64,000 bases of DNA from Thermodesulfobacteriota bacterium (GCA_029246845.1 JAQWMJ010000006.1:39273-103272); one strand, 5' to 3'. Counted from the stretch's first letter, positions 17,378-30,243 are shown. Made by a program: numbers and translations. Notes: a model not told the origin generated them from the letters alone.

Positions 17378-20122
17378 TTGACTAATATGCTTTTTTAAAA
17401 ATTTTGCTGTTTCTGACTTTTTTGCAAAAGGAAAGTCTTTCTTCAAACCTTGAAAAGAAAGATGTCCTCCTGCTGAGCCACCATCGGGTCCAAGATCAAT
17501 TATGTAATCAGAACCATTAATCACTTCCATATTATGCTCAATAATTACTATAGTACTCCCCGAATCTCTAAGCTGATAGATAACCCCAAGAAGTTTATCA
17601 ATATCTTCATAATGAAGACCTATGGTAGGTTCGTCTAAAATATAAAAGGTTTTTCCGGTATTTTTTTTAATTAACTCCTTCGAAAGCTTAATTCTTTGAG
17701 CTTCACCACCTGACAGAGTGGTTGCATCTTGCCCTAGCTTTAAATAACCAAGACCTACGGAATTAATTATATTAATTTTATTTTGTAAAATAGGAAATCC
17801 TATAAAGAAGTCGTTTGCCTCAGAAAAAGTCATATTTAAAACATCAGTAATATTTTTTCCTCTATAGAAGATACTAAGTGTTTCCAGATCAAATCTTTTA
17901 CCCTCACATGAGTCACATAAAACATTAACATCAGGCAGAAAACTCATTTCAATTCTTATACTTCCAGCACCTGAACACTCCGAGCAACTTCCTTCCTTTA
18001 CATTAAAACTAAATCTCCCTGGTGAAAATCCTTTAATTTTAGAATCTGGTAATGAAGCAAAAACCTCTCTAATGGTCCCAAAGATTCCAGTATAAGTAGC
18101 AGGGTTAGACCTTGATGTCCTTCCTATGGGCGACTGATTAATATTAATAATTTTATCAAAATTATCCTCACCACTGACACTAGTAAGGAAATCAGGTTTA
18201 GTTTTATTTTTAGAATTAATTAGTGATGAAATCACTTCATATATCGTTTGAACAACCAGTGTACTTTTTCCAGAACCCGAAACTCCAGTGACACAAGTAA
18301 TCTTACCAACAGGAATATCAACATCAATTGATTTTAAATTATTTAAGACTGCACCTTTTATTGATAAATAATTTTTTATTTTGGATTTACTTTCAATGAT
18401 TTTAACTTTCTTATTTCTAGAAAGGTACTGCCCTGTAAGTGAGGCTTTGTTCTTCGCTATAGACATTGGAGATCCATCAGCAACAACCAAGCCGCCATTA
18501 AATCCGGCACCTGGACCTATATCAATTATATAATCAGCACTTTTTATAGTTTCCTCATCATGTTCAACTACTACCAAAGTATTTCCTCTATCCTTTAATA
18601 ATTTTAAAGTATTTAATAGCATTTTATTGTCTCTAGGATGCAATCCAATCGTGGGTTCATCTAAAACATAAGTTATACCAGTAAGGTTAGCACCTAACTG
18701 AGAAGCAAGCCTTATTCTCTGGGCTTCACCACCCGAAAGAGTTGGCGCGGTTCTATCAAGGGTTAAATACCCGAGGCTCACGCTTAGAAGAAAGTCCAAT
18801 CGAGAAATGATTTCATCTTTAATCTTAGCCCAAATTAATTTTGATGTACCATTAAATTTAATTTTTTTGAAGAATTTATAACACTCTAAGATAGTTAGAT
18901 TGCATACCTGTGAGATGTTTTTTTTATTTATAAAAACACTAAGTGCCTCCTCCCTCAATCTCAAGCCATTACAATTTAGACACTTTTCAATTTTTCTATA
19001 CTTTGAAAGATTAGTTCTAATTTCTTCCGCACGTGAAGAACTAAACCACTTTTCTAAGATTTGGACTACGCCCTCAAAAGTTTCATTGTCGCCATAAAAA
19101 ATTAGTGATTGGGTATCTGGACCGAGGTCATCAAATGGGGTATTAGGATTAATATCATTTTGATTTAAAAAACTATTTATAATTTTTTTATAAAAAGCTG
19201 AATCTTTAAATGGTGCTAAGGCTCCTTTTTTTATTGACTTTGAAGGATCAGGAACTATTGATTTCAAATCAAACATTTCAAAGTACCCCAACCCTTCGCA
19301 TTCTAAGCACTGGCCATAAGGGCTATTGTAAGAAAAAAACCTGGGGGATATTTCCGGAAATGTAGCACTACAATTCGAACATGCCATATTTCGATTAAAG
19401 ATTTTTTTTATTTTCTCTGACTCTATAACAACCAAGCCTTCACCGTACTGAAGTGCTGTCTTAATTGATTCAAAAATTCTCAATGAGTTCCTTTTATTTA
19501 CTTTGAGACTATCAATATAAACTTCTATAGTATGTTTTTTTTGTTTTTCCAAGGTAATTTTTTCATTTAATGAAAATAAGTCACCATCTATTCGAATCTT
19601 AGAAAATAATTTTGATGCATCAGAGATTTCTTTTTTAAACTCACCTTTTTTACCTAGCGCTATTGGATAATAAATTTCTATATTTTTGGTTGCAAAATCA
19701 CGATTTACTATAGAAACGATAGAATCTAAAGAAGTTGCATCTATCAAAGATTCACATTCATAACATTTAACTTCTCCAACTCTTGCATATAGCAATCTTA
19801 GAAAATCATATATCTCTGTTATTGTTGCCACAGTAGATCTGGGATTTCTCATGAATGTTTTTTGGTCAACTGAAATTGTTGGTGACAATCCAGAAATGAA
19901 ATCTAAGTCTGGTTTTTCAAACTTATCTATAAACTGTCTAGCATAATTTGAAAGTGATTCTAAATATTTTCTTTGGCCTTCTGCAAAAATTGTGTCAAAG
20001 GCTAAAGTGGATTTTCCAGATCCGCTCACACCTGTAAGCACTGTTATTGAACCACGTGGGATCTGTACATCTATATTTTTTAAATTATTCTGCCTAATAC
20101 CTTTAATAGTTATATTCTTCAC
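17366..20122 (-). CDS. uvrA: Excinuclease ABC subunit A
   Basis: Two GVSGSGKS Walker A motifs, two LSGGEAQRI signatures and Zn-finger CxxC pairs. Confidence 0.98.
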   Translation of the reverse strand: MKNITIKGIRQNNLKNIDVQIPRGSITVLTGVSGSGKSTLAFDTIFAEGQRKYLESLSNYARQFIDKFEKPDLDFISGLSPTISVDQKTFMRNPRSTVATITEIYDFLRLLYARVGEVKCYECESLIDATSLDSIVSIVNRDFATKNIEIYYPIALGKKGEFKKEISDASKLFSKIRIDGDLFSLNEKITLEKQKKHTIEVYIDSLKVNKRNSLRIFESIKTALQYGEGLVVIESEKIKKIFNRNMACSNCSATFPEISPRFFSYNSPYGQCLECEGLGYFEMFDLKSIVPDPSKSIKKGALAPFKDSAFYKKIINSFLNQNDINPNTPFDDLGPDTQSLIFYGDNETFEGVVQILEKWFSSSRAEEIRTNLSKYRKIEKCLNCNGLRLREEALSVFINKKNISQVCNLTILECYKFFKKIKFNGTSKLIWAKIKDEIISRLDFLLSVSLGYLTLDRTAPTLSGGEAQRIRLASQLGANLTGITYVLDEPTIGLHPRDNKMLLNTLKLLKDRGNTLVVVEHDEETIKSADYIIDIGPGAGFNGGLVVADGSPMSIAKNKASLTGQYLSRNKKVKIIESKSKIKNYLSIKGAVLNNLKSIDVDIPVGKITCVTGVSGSGKSTLVVQTIYEVISSLINSKNKTKPDFLTSVSGEDNFDKIININQSPIGRTSRSNPATYTGIFGTIREVFASLPDSKIKGFSPGRFSFNVKEGSCSECSGAGSIRIEMSFLPDVNVLCDSCEGKRFDLETLSIFYRGKNITDVLNMTFSEANDFFIGFPILQNKINIINSVGLGYLKLGQDATTLSGGEAQRIKLSKELIKKNTGKTFYILDEPTIGLHYEDIDKLLGVIYQLRDSGSTIVIIEHNMEVINGSDYIIDLGPDGGSAGGHLSFQGLKKDFPFAKKSETAKFLKKHISQLKR

Positions 20123-20147
20123 TTGTATAGCTTAACCAAAAGTATCC

Positions 20148-20822
20148 TTATTTGTTTTCCGACGTTAGCCATTTAAAGAAATTTAATTCAATATCTTTAT
20201 TCGAAAGCTCTGGGTGCCACTGTAATCCTAGAATTCTTTTACTTTTGCTTTCAAATGCCTCTATAATTTTATCTTTTGATTGTGCCACAACAATGAGTGA
20301 TTTCCCTAAAGTGTCAATTGATTGATGGTGATAGCTATTTACCATGGCTGTTTTATTCTTAAAAGTCTTATAAAGAATCGAGTCTAAATTGATAAAAATC
20401 TTATGCATTATTCCATTGGAGTGGTTGATGGACTGTGGAACACAAGTTTTTATATCCTGGTGTAGGCTTCCACCTAAGGCAACATTAATTAATTGCATTC
20501 CTCCACATATACCTAAAATTTTCTTTTTTAACTTTATTGCACATTCAAGATATAAGATTTCACTTAGGGTTCTTCTCTTATCTAAGGGATTTATAAGTTT
20601 GGATTTTCTTTGACCATAAAAAGACGGGTCTATGTCTCTGCTCCCAGTAATAATCAAAGAATCTATACATGCTATAATTTTTATAATATTTTTTCTATCT
20701 GTTTCCATTGGAAGATAAAAGGGGACTCCACCAGATTCTATCACTTTTTTGGAATATGCAATTTCAGATTCATAAAATTTACCTTGCACATCGCATGTTA
20801 TACCGACTATCTTTTTGGTCAT
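20148..20822 (-). CDS. Peptidase C26 / gamma-glutamyl-gamma-aminobutyrate hydrolase family (class I glutamine amidotransferase-like)
   Basis: DIDPSFYG, LGICGGMQLINVALGGSL, VNSYHHQ and GLQWHPE motifs. Confidence 0.9.
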   Translation of the reverse strand: MTKKIVGITCDVQGKFYESEIAYSKKVIESGGVPFYLPMETDRKNIIKIIACIDSLIITGSRDIDPSFYGQRKSKLINPLDKRRTLSEILYLECAIKLKKKILGICGGMQLINVALGGSLHQDIKTCVPQSINHSNGIMHKIFINLDSILYKTFKNKTAMVNSYHHQSIDTLGKSLIVVAQSKDKIIEAFESKSKRILGLQWHPELSNKDIELNFFKWLTSENK

Positions 20823-20898
20823 AAATACTATTATCTAGTATTTTTAATAGTTTTAAAATTCTTTTATTTTTACTATTTTAATATAAGATTTAAAAATC

Positions 20899-22785
20899 AT
20901 GAATTTAAATGAATTTGATGTAATTGTTGTTGGAGGAGGTCATGCTGGCTGTGAAGCTGCATTATCTTCGGCTAGACTTAAAACTAAAACTCTTCTTCTT
21001 ACCGCTAACCTTGACACAATAGGCATTATGTCTTGTAATCCATCAATAGGTGGAGTCGGAAAAGGTCATCTAGTTAGAGAAATAGATGCTCTTGGTGGTG
21101 AAATGGGCAAAGCTGCAGACTTCTCATCAATACAGTATAGAAGACTAAATACTAAGAAAGGTCCTGCTGTTCAGGCAACAAGAGTTCAAGCAGATAGGAA
21201 TCTATATAGGGTTCACATGAAGCAGGCCATTGAAAACCAAGCAAATTTATTTGTTAAACAAAGACTTATACATTCTCTATTAGAGAAGAATGGTGAAATT
21301 ATTGGGGTGCAAACTTCTTATGGAGAAATATATAGTTGCAAATGTTTAGTTATTACTCCAGGTACTTTTCCAAATGGATTAATTCATGTTGGAACCGAAC
21401 AAACAAGTGCTGGGAGAGCTGGGGAAGCCCCAACAACTGAAATTTCCGACTCATTTAAAGAACTTGGTTTAAACGTAGCGAGGCTTAAAACTGGGACACC
21501 TCCAAGATTAGACGGGAAAACAATTGATTGGTCGAGAACTATCGAACAGCCTGCGGACGAGAATCCTTTGCTTTTTTCTTTTGAAAATTTAGATGTAAGA
21601 AACCCACAACTTCCGTGCCACATAACATATACTAACGCCAAGACACACAAGATAATAAAGGATAATCTTCATAGGTCACCAATGTATTCAGGCCAAATTG
21701 AGGGCGTAGGTCCGAGATATTGTCCTTCTATCGAGGACAAAATTGTTAAATTTGCTGACAGAGAAAGACATCAGGTTTTCTTAGAACCGGAAGGGTTAAA
21801 CACTAAAGAAATATATCCAAATGGAATATCTACAAGTCTACCCATAGATGTGCAGATAAAAATTATTAATAGTATAGAAGGCTTAGAGAGTACAGATATA
21901 ATGAGACCAGGATATGCTGTAGAATATGACTATTGTGACCCTCGAGATTTAAGAGCCTCCCTAGAATCCAAAAAAATTAAAAATTTATACATGGCAGGTC
22001 AAATAAACGGAACAACAGGCTATGAAGAAGCTGCCGCCCAAGGACTTATTGCCGGAATCAATAGCTCCCTCAGAGTTCGTGGAACTGACCCTCTAATTCT
22101 GAAAAGATCAGAATCTTATATAGGAATTTTAATAGATGACTTGGTAACACTTGGCGTTGATGAACCTTATAGAATGTTTACCTCGAGAGCAGAACATAGG
22201 CTTTTGCTTAGAGATGACAATGCTGACTTTAGGTTAACTCCTATAGGTTATGAGATTGGATTAATAAAACAGAAAAGGTTTGACTTATTCAATGAAAAGA
22301 GGAATTCATTCAATGAGATAATGAAAGAACTGAATAACTCAAAGATTGTCCCTAACGAAAAGAATAATACTTTTCTTTCAAAGCTAGGGACTCCTTTATT
22401 GAAAAAACCTACCTCTTTTAAAGAAATACTCAGAAGGCCTGAAGTTTTTTATGATAGCTTGATTGAGCTGAATACAGGATTAAATAAAATTGATGACAAA
22501 ATAGTTCAATCATTAATAGAAAATGAAATTAAATATGAAGGTTATATTGCTAGACAAAATGCTGGAATTGAGCAGATATCAAAACACCAGGGCATTAAAA
22601 TTCCATCAAGTTTGAATATTAATGTTATACCGGGCCTATCGAATGAGCTAAAGTCAAAATTGAATAGAATTCAACCAGAAACTATCGGTCAAGCATCTAG
22701 AATCTCAGGGATTACTCCTGCGGCCATCAACATTCTTATGATATATATTAAGAAAGACCAATCTATAAACGAAGTAAAAATCTAA
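20899..22785 (+). CDS. mnmG: tRNA U34 carboxymethylaminomethyl modification enzyme MnmG (GidA)
   Basis: VVGGGHAGCEAA, MSCNPSIGG, RLKTGTPPR, GPRYCPSIEDK and GQINGTTGYEEAAAQG motifs. Confidence 0.99.
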   Translation: MNLNEFDVIVVGGGHAGCEAALSSARLKTKTLLLTANLDTIGIMSCNPSIGGVGKGHLVREIDALGGEMGKAADFSSIQYRRLNTKKGPAVQATRVQADRNLYRVHMKQAIENQANLFVKQRLIHSLLEKNGEIIGVQTSYGEIYSCKCLVITPGTFPNGLIHVGTEQTSAGRAGEAPTTEISDSFKELGLNVARLKTGTPPRLDGKTIDWSRTIEQPADENPLLFSFENLDVRNPQLPCHITYTNAKTHKIIKDNLHRSPMYSGQIEGVGPRYCPSIEDKIVKFADRERHQVFLEPEGLNTKEIYPNGISTSLPIDVQIKIINSIEGLESTDIMRPGYAVEYDYCDPRDLRASLESKKIKNLYMAGQINGTTGYEEAAAQGLIAGINSSLRVRGTDPLILKRSESYIGILIDDLVTLGVDEPYRMFTSRAEHRLLLRDDNADFRLTPIGYEIGLIKQKRFDLFNEKRNSFNEIMKELNNSKIVPNEKNNTFLSKLGTPLLKKPTSFKEILRRPEVFYDSLIELNTGLNKIDDKIVQSLIENEIKYEGYIARQNAGIEQISKHQGIKIPSSLNINVIPGLSNELKSKLNRIQPETIGQASRISGITPAAINILMIYIKKDQSINEVKI

Positions 22786-22786
22786 G

Positions 22787-24871
22787 CTATTCTAATATTT
22801 TCATCACTTCAGACAAAGTTGAAACCGGCAAATTGCAGCTATAATCCTTACATATATATATTTCAAATTTATCAGAAATATCTGGCAGAAAACTATCACA
22901 ATTATTTATAATCTTTTTATAATTATCTAAATCATTTGAAGTTGAAACATAATAAATTAATTTGTTGTAATGATTAAAATCTCTTAAATAATTTACTGTC
23001 TCATTGCTGTAGTCTAACTCCCTACCCGGATTAACAACAACGATTTGAAGACTATCACTTAAGAGAGTTAAATGGTTTGCTAAGAATTGAGCCAAGTTGA
23101 TTGGGAACTTTTTAGCCATTTCACCCAATTGAAGCGATAGCTTGTTAGCCTTCTCTAATATAATAGGATTGTTACAGTACCCTCCAATTTTAATGAGTCC
23201 AAATAAAGCTACCGAATTTCCCGCCGGTATGGCCCCATCTAAAAGATTCTTTTGCCTGACAATTACATCTTTAGAACTTTCAGGAGTTGCATAAAATGAA
23301 CCCTTATCATTATCCCAAAAAAGTTCGATCATTTTTTCACAAATATTTCGTCCTGTATCTAACATGGTTGGATCAAGAGTAGCTTCGTATAAATCAACAC
23401 ATGCTTTGGTTAAAAAAGCATAATCATCAATCATTCCATCAATAGAAGCATGATCACCTCTGAGACAATGAAAAAGAGTAAAGTCTTTTCTTATCATATT
23501 GTTCTTTATAAATTCATAACTATTTATAGCCGAGGACAAATAGTTATCCTGCCTAAAAACAACTGATGATTTTGATAGAGCTGAAATCATCATACTGTTC
23601 CAGTCAGTTAATATTTTATCATCTAGACTAGGCCTAACTCTTTTATCTCTTGCGCTTTTTAATTTATGCTTAATTCTGTTCGATTCTTCTTTTATTGACT
23701 GGTGATCAATTGAAAAAATGGACGAAAAAGTTTCAAGCTCATCTTTTAAGTAAATTATATTTTTTCCATTTCTGCTTTTAGAAACCTCCTCATTAAAATT
23801 TCCATCTTGTTCAATGCTATATAAATGTTCGAAAAAAGCAGATTCATCTTTCGTCAAAATGCTTCTAATTTCTTCAAGATCCCAAGTATAAAAAGCTCCC
23901 TCCTCTCCTTCACTATCTGCATCCTCTGCTGAAAAAAAGGCTCCTTCTTTAGACCTTAAAACTTCATTAACATATGTATAAATTTCTTCAGCGGTTTCTC
24001 TAAACAAATCCTTGGATGATAGGCTATAAGCTTCTGCAAAAGACTCAAGAATCATGGCCTGATCATAAAGCATCTTTTCAAAATGTGGCACTTGCCATTT
24101 AATATCAGTAGAATATCTATGAAAACCAAAGCCAACATGGTCGAATATTCCACCTAAACGCATGCTAGTCAATGTTTGCTCAACCATTCTCATTGCATCT
24201 TTTTGATCAAATAATTTATAAAATTTTGACAAGAAAATCATATTTTGTGGACTTGGAAACTTGGGTGCCTCACCAAAACCCCCATGCTTTTCATCATAAA
24301 AGTCCTTTATGCTCTCAAATATTTCTTTTAAATCTTCTTTTTTAACAAAGCTGTCTGGAACATTAGGATTAGAAACTTCTTTTAGGGAATTATATATAGA
24401 ATCACATGAAGTCAGCACATCTTTTCTTTTCTCATCCCAAACCTCTTTAACTTTAGGAAGAAATTCACACAATCCAACTGAGCCTTTAGTGGAGTTCTTG
24501 GGGAAATATGTTCCCGCAAAAAAGGGGATTTTATCGGGTGTCAAAATTACTGTAAGAGGCCACCCTCCACGCTTTGTCATCATTTGACATACAGACATAT
24601 AAATACTATCCAAATCTGGTCTTTGTTCCCTATCTACTTTAATTGAAATAAAGTTCTTATTTAGGATTAGAGCAACTTCTTCATCCTCAAAAGACTCTTT
24701 TTCCATCACGTGGCACCAATGGCAAGTTGAATATCCAATAGACAAAAAAACTGGCAAATCTTTTTCTTTGGCAAGTCTAAAAGCTTCTTCACCCCAAGGG
24801 AGCCAGTTAACTGGGTTAGATGAATGTTGAAGTAAATATGGGCTATTTTCATTACTTAGTTTATTTTTCAT
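22787..24871 (-). CDS. Thioredoxin-domain protein, YyaL/SSP411 (DUF255) family
   Basis: [39 protein letters not shown] and DDKILTDWN motifs. Confidence 0.93.
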   Translation of the reverse strand: MKNKLSNENSPYLLQHSSNPVNWLPWGEEAFRLAKEKDLPVFLSIGYSTCHWCHVMEKESFEDEEVALILNKNFISIKVDREQRPDLDSIYMSVCQMMTKRGGWPLTVILTPDKIPFFAGTYFPKNSTKGSVGLCEFLPKVKEVWDEKRKDVLTSCDSIYNSLKEVSNPNVPDSFVKKEDLKEIFESIKDFYDEKHGGFGEAPKFPSPQNMIFLSKFYKLFDQKDAMRMVEQTLTSMRLGGIFDHVGFGFHRYSTDIKWQVPHFEKMLYDQAMILESFAEAYSLSSKDLFRETAEEIYTYVNEVLRSKEGAFFSAEDADSEGEEGAFYTWDLEEIRSILTKDESAFFEHLYSIEQDGNFNEEVSKSRNGKNIIYLKDELETFSSIFSIDHQSIKEESNRIKHKLKSARDKRVRPSLDDKILTDWNSMMISALSKSSVVFRQDNYLSSAINSYEFIKNNMIRKDFTLFHCLRGDHASIDGMIDDYAFLTKACVDLYEATLDPTMLDTGRNICEKMIELFWDNDKGSFYATPESSKDVIVRQKNLLDGAIPAGNSVALFGLIKIGGYCNNPIILEKANKLSLQLGEMAKKFPINLAQFLANHLTLLSDSLQIVVVNPGRELDYSNETVNYLRDFNHYNKLIYYVSTSNDLDNYKKIINNCDSFLPDISDKFEIYICKDYSCNLPVSTLSEVMKILE

Positions 24872-25442
24872 CTAAAACCTCTTTGTTCACCTTTTTAATA
24901 TCTTCCCAAACCAATCTTTTCTTAGACTGATCATTAACAATTGAATTTAAATCTAATGTACAAATTAATTTTGAGTTAAATAAATCAAAAAAATTATTTC
25001 TCAGACTAAGAATAGAGTTATTGGAGTTCAAAGCAAGTTGAGAAATTGTTTCACCAAAACATACAATAATTATTGGGCTACAAAGTTTTATTTTCTCAAT
25101 TATTAATTTATTAAGAAGTTTAACTCCATCAATTTGATTATCAGTGAAATCAAAGTTAGATGTATCTAAAGTTGCAAACTGTTGGTGCGTGATATTCATT
25201 CCTTTTTTAATTATGTTCCCAAATAAAACCCCTTCTTCTGAATCTTTGGAGCTTAAGTGGTCACCAACAAAAAGTACCTTTACCGGAACCACTGAACTCT
25301 TGGGATTCATATTGTTCTTTAATTTAGAAAGAGTGGCCTTTTGTTCGTTAGTAACCAGTAACCCTTTAAGCCCTAAAGATTTTAGCATTCTAGTTCGTCT
25401 TTCAATCTTAACTTTATCTAAATTTTTAACTTGAAGATTCAT
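24861..25442 (-). CDS. Degenerate family-4 uracil-DNA-glycosylase-like protein (catalytic motifs lost)
   Basis: Scaffold matches (VLFVGD, P.IIVCFGE...[17 protein letters not shown]). Lacks GEGPG, KCRPP, HPAY and the Fe-S cysteines. Confidence 0.55.
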   Translation of the reverse strand: MNLQVKNLDKVKIERRTRMLKSLGLKGLLVTNEQKATLSKLKNNMNPKSSVVPVKVLFVGDHLSSKDSEEGVLFGNIIKKGMNITHQQFATLDTSNFDFTDNQIDGVKLLNKLIIEKIKLCSPIIIVCFGETISQLALNSNNSILSLRNNFFDLFNSKLICTLDLNSIVNDQSKKRLVWEDIKKVNKEVLDEK

Positions 25443-25490
25443 GTTATATATATAAAACTAAACTATAAATTATTTTTGGCAAAAAAAGAT

Positions 25491-27929
25491 ATGGAATATA
25501 ATTTTTTAGATATCGAGAATAAATGGCAAAAAAACTGGGAAGATAGCTCTATTTTCTGTCCCGATAAAAATAGCAAAAAACCAAAATATTATATTTTAGA
25601 GATGTTTCCTTATCCATCAGGCAAGATTCATATGGGACATGTAAGAAATTATGCAATCGGGGATGTTTCAGCAAGATTTAAAAGATCTCAAGGGTTCAAT
25701 GTTCTTCATCCAATGGGTTGGGATGCTTTCGGCATGCCTGCAGAAAATGCAGCTATAAAGAACAATGTGCATCCTAAAGAATGGACTTATGAAAATATTG
25801 AGGCCATGAAAGTCCAGCTTAAGCAAATGGGTCTTTCGTATGACTGGAGCAGAGAAATAAGAACATGTGATAAAGAATATTTCGTCCATGAACAAAAATT
25901 TTTCTTGGAGCTCTATAATGCAGGATTGGCATACAAAAAAGAGTCCTTTGTAAACTGGGACCCTGTTGATCAAACAGTCCTCGCAAACGAACAAGTTGTA
26001 GATGGAAAAGGATGGAGGTCTGGGGCACTTGTAGAACAAAAGAAATTATCTCAATGGTTCTTAAAAATAACCGATTTTGCAGAAGATCTTTTAAAGGGGC
26101 TAGGAGATTTAAGTTTATGGCCGAAAAAAGTCTTATCGATGCAAGAAAACTGGATAGGTAAATCCATTGGGGCTACTATTAAGTTTAAAATTATTGGTTC
26201 AAGTGAATTAATAGAAGTTTTTACCACAAGGCCTGACACCATATATGGTGCTTCTTTCATAGGTTTATCGGCAGACCATATTATTAGCATTAAACTTGCA
26301 AAAAATAATAAGAAAATCTCTGATTTCATTAAAATTTGCAAACAAGCTGGAACAACGAATGTGGATTTAGAAAAAGCAGAAAAGATAGGAATCAATACTA
26401 ACATCTTAGTTGAACATCCGTTTACAAAAGAACAAATACCCGTATATATTGCAAACTTTATTCTAATAAACTATGGGACTGGAGCAATATTTGGCTGTCC
26501 AGCACATGACCAGAGAGATTTTGATTTTGCTAAAAAATATAATCTTAGAATAAAACAAGTAGTTAGCCCAAACAATAAAGAACAAGAGCTTGTAGAGGCA
26601 TTTGTTGATAAAGGAACAATGATTAACTCAGAATTCTTGGATGGGTTAACCATCGAAGATGCAAAATTGAGAGTCATAAAAAAACTTAAAGATAAAAATC
26701 TTGCAGAATCATCTATAAAATATAAATTAAGAGACTGGGGAGTGTCACGACAAAGATACTGGGGAACGCCGATTCCAATATACTATTCAAACGATGGTGA
26801 TCCTATTCCCGTAGAAGATAATGAGCTACCTGTGGAGCTTCCAAAAAAAATAGATTTTAATAAAAATGGAAATCCTTTAGATTCACATCCAACCTGGAAG
26901 CATGTAAAAAGTAAAGATGGAAAAATAATTGGAACAAGGGAGACGGATACTTTTGATACATTTTTCGAATCATCTTGGTATTTTGCTAGATTTTGCTCAC
27001 CTCAATCAGAAAAGATGTTTGATAAACAATACAAAGACTGGATGCCTGTAGATCTTTATATAGGCGGTGTTGAGCATGCAATACTTCATCTATTGTACTC
27101 TAGGTTCTTCACGCATGCCCTAAAGAGACTAGGAAAAAGTCATATCACAGAACCTTTTAAGAAACTTGTAACACAAGGAATGGTCCTAAAAGATGGGGCA
27201 AAAATGTCTAAGTCTCTAGGCAACACAGTCGATCCTCAAGAGATAATAAGAAAATACGGTGCAGATTCTGTCAGAGTTTTTATTTTGTTTTCAGCTCCAG
27301 TTGAAAAAGACTTAGAGTGGAACGATAAAGGTATTGAAGGTGCCAGTAGATTTATAAAAAGAATGTGGAAAATAATATATGAGAATATTGAATCAATAAA
27401 TTCTTCTTTTAATAAAGATATCAATACAGTTAAAGATGACGAAAAAGCTTTTTTAATTAAAATTCATAAAACAACAGAAAAAATAACTAGGGATATTGAA
27501 AACCTTCAATTTAATACCTGTATAGCTGCACTAATGGAGCTCTTAAATTTTGCTTATAAGTTTAAAGAAAAAAATAATAATGAAAAGCTTTTTGGTTTTT
27601 TTATTTACCAGTTCTTGCAGCTAGCTAATCCATTTATTCCGCATGTGACAAATGAGCTTTGGGAATTAGCAAAATTTAATAAGAAAAATATTAACTTAAT
27701 ATGGCCAGAGTATGATCAATCAATAATTGAAAAAGATGAGGTTATTATTGCTGTACAGATTAATGGAAAAACTCGTGGGTCAACGCCCCTATTGTTTGAA
27801 GACGAAAGTGATGAAGATATATCTCTGAGAGTTTCTAAGTCCAAGGATTTTGCAAAATTTTTAGAAGGAAAAGAAATCATAAAGAAAATCTATGTAAAAA
27901 ATAGGTTGATTAATATAATAATTAAATAG
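25491..27929 (+). CDS. leuS: Leucyl-tRNA synthetase
   Basis: MFPYPSG.IHMGH, FTTRPDT, SRQRYWG and KMSKS motifs; start placed at ATG 25491. Confidence 0.99.
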   Translation: MEYNFLDIENKWQKNWEDSSIFCPDKNSKKPKYYILEMFPYPSGKIHMGHVRNYAIGDVSARFKRSQGFNVLHPMGWDAFGMPAENAAIKNNVHPKEWTYENIEAMKVQLKQMGLSYDWSREIRTCDKEYFVHEQKFFLELYNAGLAYKKESFVNWDPVDQTVLANEQVVDGKGWRSGALVEQKKLSQWFLKITDFAEDLLKGLGDLSLWPKKVLSMQENWIGKSIGATIKFKIIGSSELIEVFTTRPDTIYGASFIGLSADHIISIKLAKNNKKISDFIKICKQAGTTNVDLEKAEKIGINTNILVEHPFTKEQIPVYIANFILINYGTGAIFGCPAHDQRDFDFAKKYNLRIKQVVSPNNKEQELVEAFVDKGTMINSEFLDGLTIEDAKLRVIKKLKDKNLAESSIKYKLRDWGVSRQRYWGTPIPIYYSNDGDPIPVEDNELPVELPKKIDFNKNGNPLDSHPTWKHVKSKDGKIIGTRETDTFDTFFESSWYFARFCSPQSEKMFDKQYKDWMPVDLYIGGVEHAILHLLYSRFFTHALKRLGKSHITEPFKKLVTQGMVLKDGAKMSKSLGNTVDPQEIIRKYGADSVRVFILFSAPVEKDLEWNDKGIEGASRFIKRMWKIIYENIESINSSFNKDINTVKDDEKAFLIKIHKTTEKITRDIENLQFNTCIAALMELLNFAYKFKEKNNNEKLFGFFIYQFLQLANPFIPHVTNELWELAKFNKKNINLIWPEYDQSIIEKDEVIIAVQINGKTRGSTPLLFEDESDEDISLRVSKSKDFAKFLEGKEIIKKIYVKNRLINIIIK

Positions 27930-29085
27930 TTATTTTTTTAATTCTTTCCACTGCTTCTTCTAATCTTTTATCATTTAAAGTAACGGATGCTCTAGTATAA
28001 CCTTCGCCATACTCACCAAAACCTGTTCCAGGCGTCATAACTATTCCAGCGTCCTCTAAAAGACTATTGGCAAAATCTTTTGATAAGATGCCATTTGGGT
28101 TTTTAAACCAAACATAAAAAGTTCCCATAGGTTTATAAACCTCAATTCCTATTGATTCGAGGCCAGAAGATAAAAGTTCAGATCTTTTTTTATAAATATC
28201 TATTCTATCTTGAAGCTCGTCCTGGTAGTTTCTAAGGGCCTCAATACCCGCTTCTTGAACTGCTTGAAAGGCTCCTGAATCAATATTTGTTTTAATCTTT
28301 CCGATTGCAGCTACCGCGCTTTCGTTTCCAGCTACGTGTCCCAATCTCCAGCCTGTCATGCTAAAGGTCTTAGATAGGCTATGAAACTCAATTCCAACAT
28401 CTAGGGCTCCGTCATATTCCAAGAAACTCTTCGGCTTTTCCTGAAAATAGACCTCCGTATAAGCTGCGTCATGGCAAATTAAAATATTATTTTTAAAAGC
28501 AAAATCAATAGCTTTTTTAAAAAACTCATCATTTGCAAAAGCAGATGTTGGGTTGTTTGGATAATTAAGAAACATGATTTTTGTTTTTTTCAAAATATCC
28601 TCTGGAATTATATCTAAGTCAGGCATGAAGCCATTAGACTCGAGCAGGGGCATAACATACGGTGTCCCACCCGCAAATTCTGTAGCCACACTGTAAACAG
28701 GGTATCCAGGGTCCGGAACAAGAGCTATATCTCCTGGGTTAATAAAAGCCAAAGGAGCGTGTGCCACCCCCTCCTTGGATCCTATTAAGGCAATTACATT
28801 TTTATTTCCTTTAATCTCAACATTAAAACGTCTTTTGTACCAAGTTGCGACTTCGTCTCTGAAAGACATCATTCCTGCATATGAAGGATATCTGTGGTTC
28901 TCAGGATTTAACGACGAACTATGAAGGGCATCTATTATTCTTTTTGGTGTTGGTATGTCGGGATCTCCAACCCCAAGATCTATAACATCTATACCTTTAT
29001 CTATTAAGGCATCCTTTTTAGCGTCAATTTCAGCAAACAAGTAAGGCGGAAGGTTTTTAATTCTATCTGACCAATCTATTTTCAT
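27922..29085 (-). CDS. dapL: LL-diaminopimelate aminotransferase (class I/II PLP aminotransferase)
   Basis: [45 protein letters not shown] and KTNIDSG motifs. Confidence 0.82.
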   Translation of the reverse strand: MKIDWSDRIKNLPPYLFAEIDAKKDALIDKGIDVIDLGVGDPDIPTPKRIIDALHSSSLNPENHRYPSYAGMMSFRDEVATWYKRRFNVEIKGNKNVIALIGSKEGVAHAPLAFINPGDIALVPDPGYPVYSVATEFAGGTPYVMPLLESNGFMPDLDIIPEDILKKTKIMFLNYPNNPTSAFANDEFFKKAIDFAFKNNILICHDAAYTEVYFQEKPKSFLEYDGALDVGIEFHSLSKTFSMTGWRLGHVAGNESAVAAIGKIKTNIDSGAFQAVQEAGIEALRNYQDELQDRIDIYKKRSELLSSGLESIGIEVYKPMGTFYVWFKNPNGILSKDFANSLLEDAGIVMTPGTGFGEYGEGYTRASVTLNDKRLEEAVERIKKITI

Positions 29086-29125
29086 AATAGGCTTAACTCT
29101 AACGTAAAAAAAAAATTACTTCAAA

Positions 29126-30181
29126 TTAGTTTTTATCTAGCTTAAAAAGAATAAATTTAAACTTTTCACCAAAGTCGATGGGAGAGATTAATTTTTTAAA
29201 ATCTCTCAAATACAGGTTGTTATCTTCTGCGTTTTCAGTTGGTATAAAATCTAAAATATTATTTGAGAGCAAAAAATTCAATTGGGAGTAAAATCCTATC
29301 TCTTTAAACCCATATTTTTTGGCAATAAGACTTAAGAGCTTAAAATTCACATCATAAGTTATATCTTGATTCGCTATATTGTTATAAAAATCTCTTGAGA
29401 CATCATGCTTATAGAAGCATCTACAAGTCCCATGGGGGTCAGATGAAGAATGAAAAAAATCAGACCTTTCTCCATAGTCATTGACTAAAATATTAAGATT
29501 TATAAACTTTTTACTGAGCTCATCAAAGTATTTCTCATACTCTATTATAGGAAGTTCAAAATAAAAATTGTCTACTATTTGTAGGTCATACTGTTCCATT
29601 TTCGTGACAAGAGAATCTCCTGCCCTAACTAAGACCTCTGAAATTTTGTTATTTTCTTTTTTAATATTAACAAGAAATAAAACATTCTCTTTCATTACAC
29701 ATCTTTCAAAAGTTAGGGCATCAAAAAATTCATTACAAAACAAGAACGACTCATTGGCTTTTTTTTCTATATTTGCAATTGTTGTAAAAATGCTTAGCTT
29801 TTTTTTATGAACATCAAGTAGATCTGCAATTTTATTGTGAATATTAACGTTTTGTTCAATTAATATAATTTCTAATTTTTCATATATCTTAGGTGCAGAA
29901 TTTTTTATGTAATCTGCCACTGAGCACATCAAACTTCCATCATTAGGTCCCAGTTCTATTAAAGAAATTTTATCCGACTTATGATTATGAATAACTTTTG
30001 TAAGGAAAAAATTAGCTATTGTTTCTCCATAAGTTTTTGATAAAATCGGTGAAGTTAAAAAATCACCCTTTTTACCAACATGTGAGTCTTTCTTGTAGTA
30101 GCCTTTTGGACCATATAATGCATAAGTTATAAACTCTGAGAAAGGAACTTCCTTTTTGTTCTTAAATAAATCCTCTAGCAC
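29126..30181 (-). CDS. SAM-dependent methyltransferase, MidA/NDUFAF7 family
   Basis: ALY...GYY, GDFLTSP, IELG...G, NEFFDAL, DYG and QDITYDVNF motifs. Confidence 0.88.
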   Translation of the reverse strand: MLEDLFKNKKEVPFSEFITYALYGPKGYYKKDSHVGKKGDFLTSPILSKTYGETIANFFLTKVIHNHKSDKISLIELGPNDGSLMCSVADYIKNSAPKIYEKLEIILIEQNVNIHNKIADLLDVHKKKLSIFTTIANIEKKANESFLFCNEFFDALTFERCVMKENVLFLVNIKKENNKISEVLVRAGDSLVTKMEQYDLQIVDNFYFELPIIEYEKYFDELSKKFINLNILVNDYGERSDFFHSSSDPHGTCRCFYKHDVSRDFYNNIANQDITYDVNFKLLSLIAKKYGFKEIGFYSQLNFLLSNNILDFIPTENAEDNNLYLRDFKKLISPIDFGEKFKFILFKLDKN

Positions 30182-30243
30182 AAAATAAGAATAACAAATT
30201 TACTTAAAATTGTTTACATGTTAGGTATGGGTTAAAATAGAAT

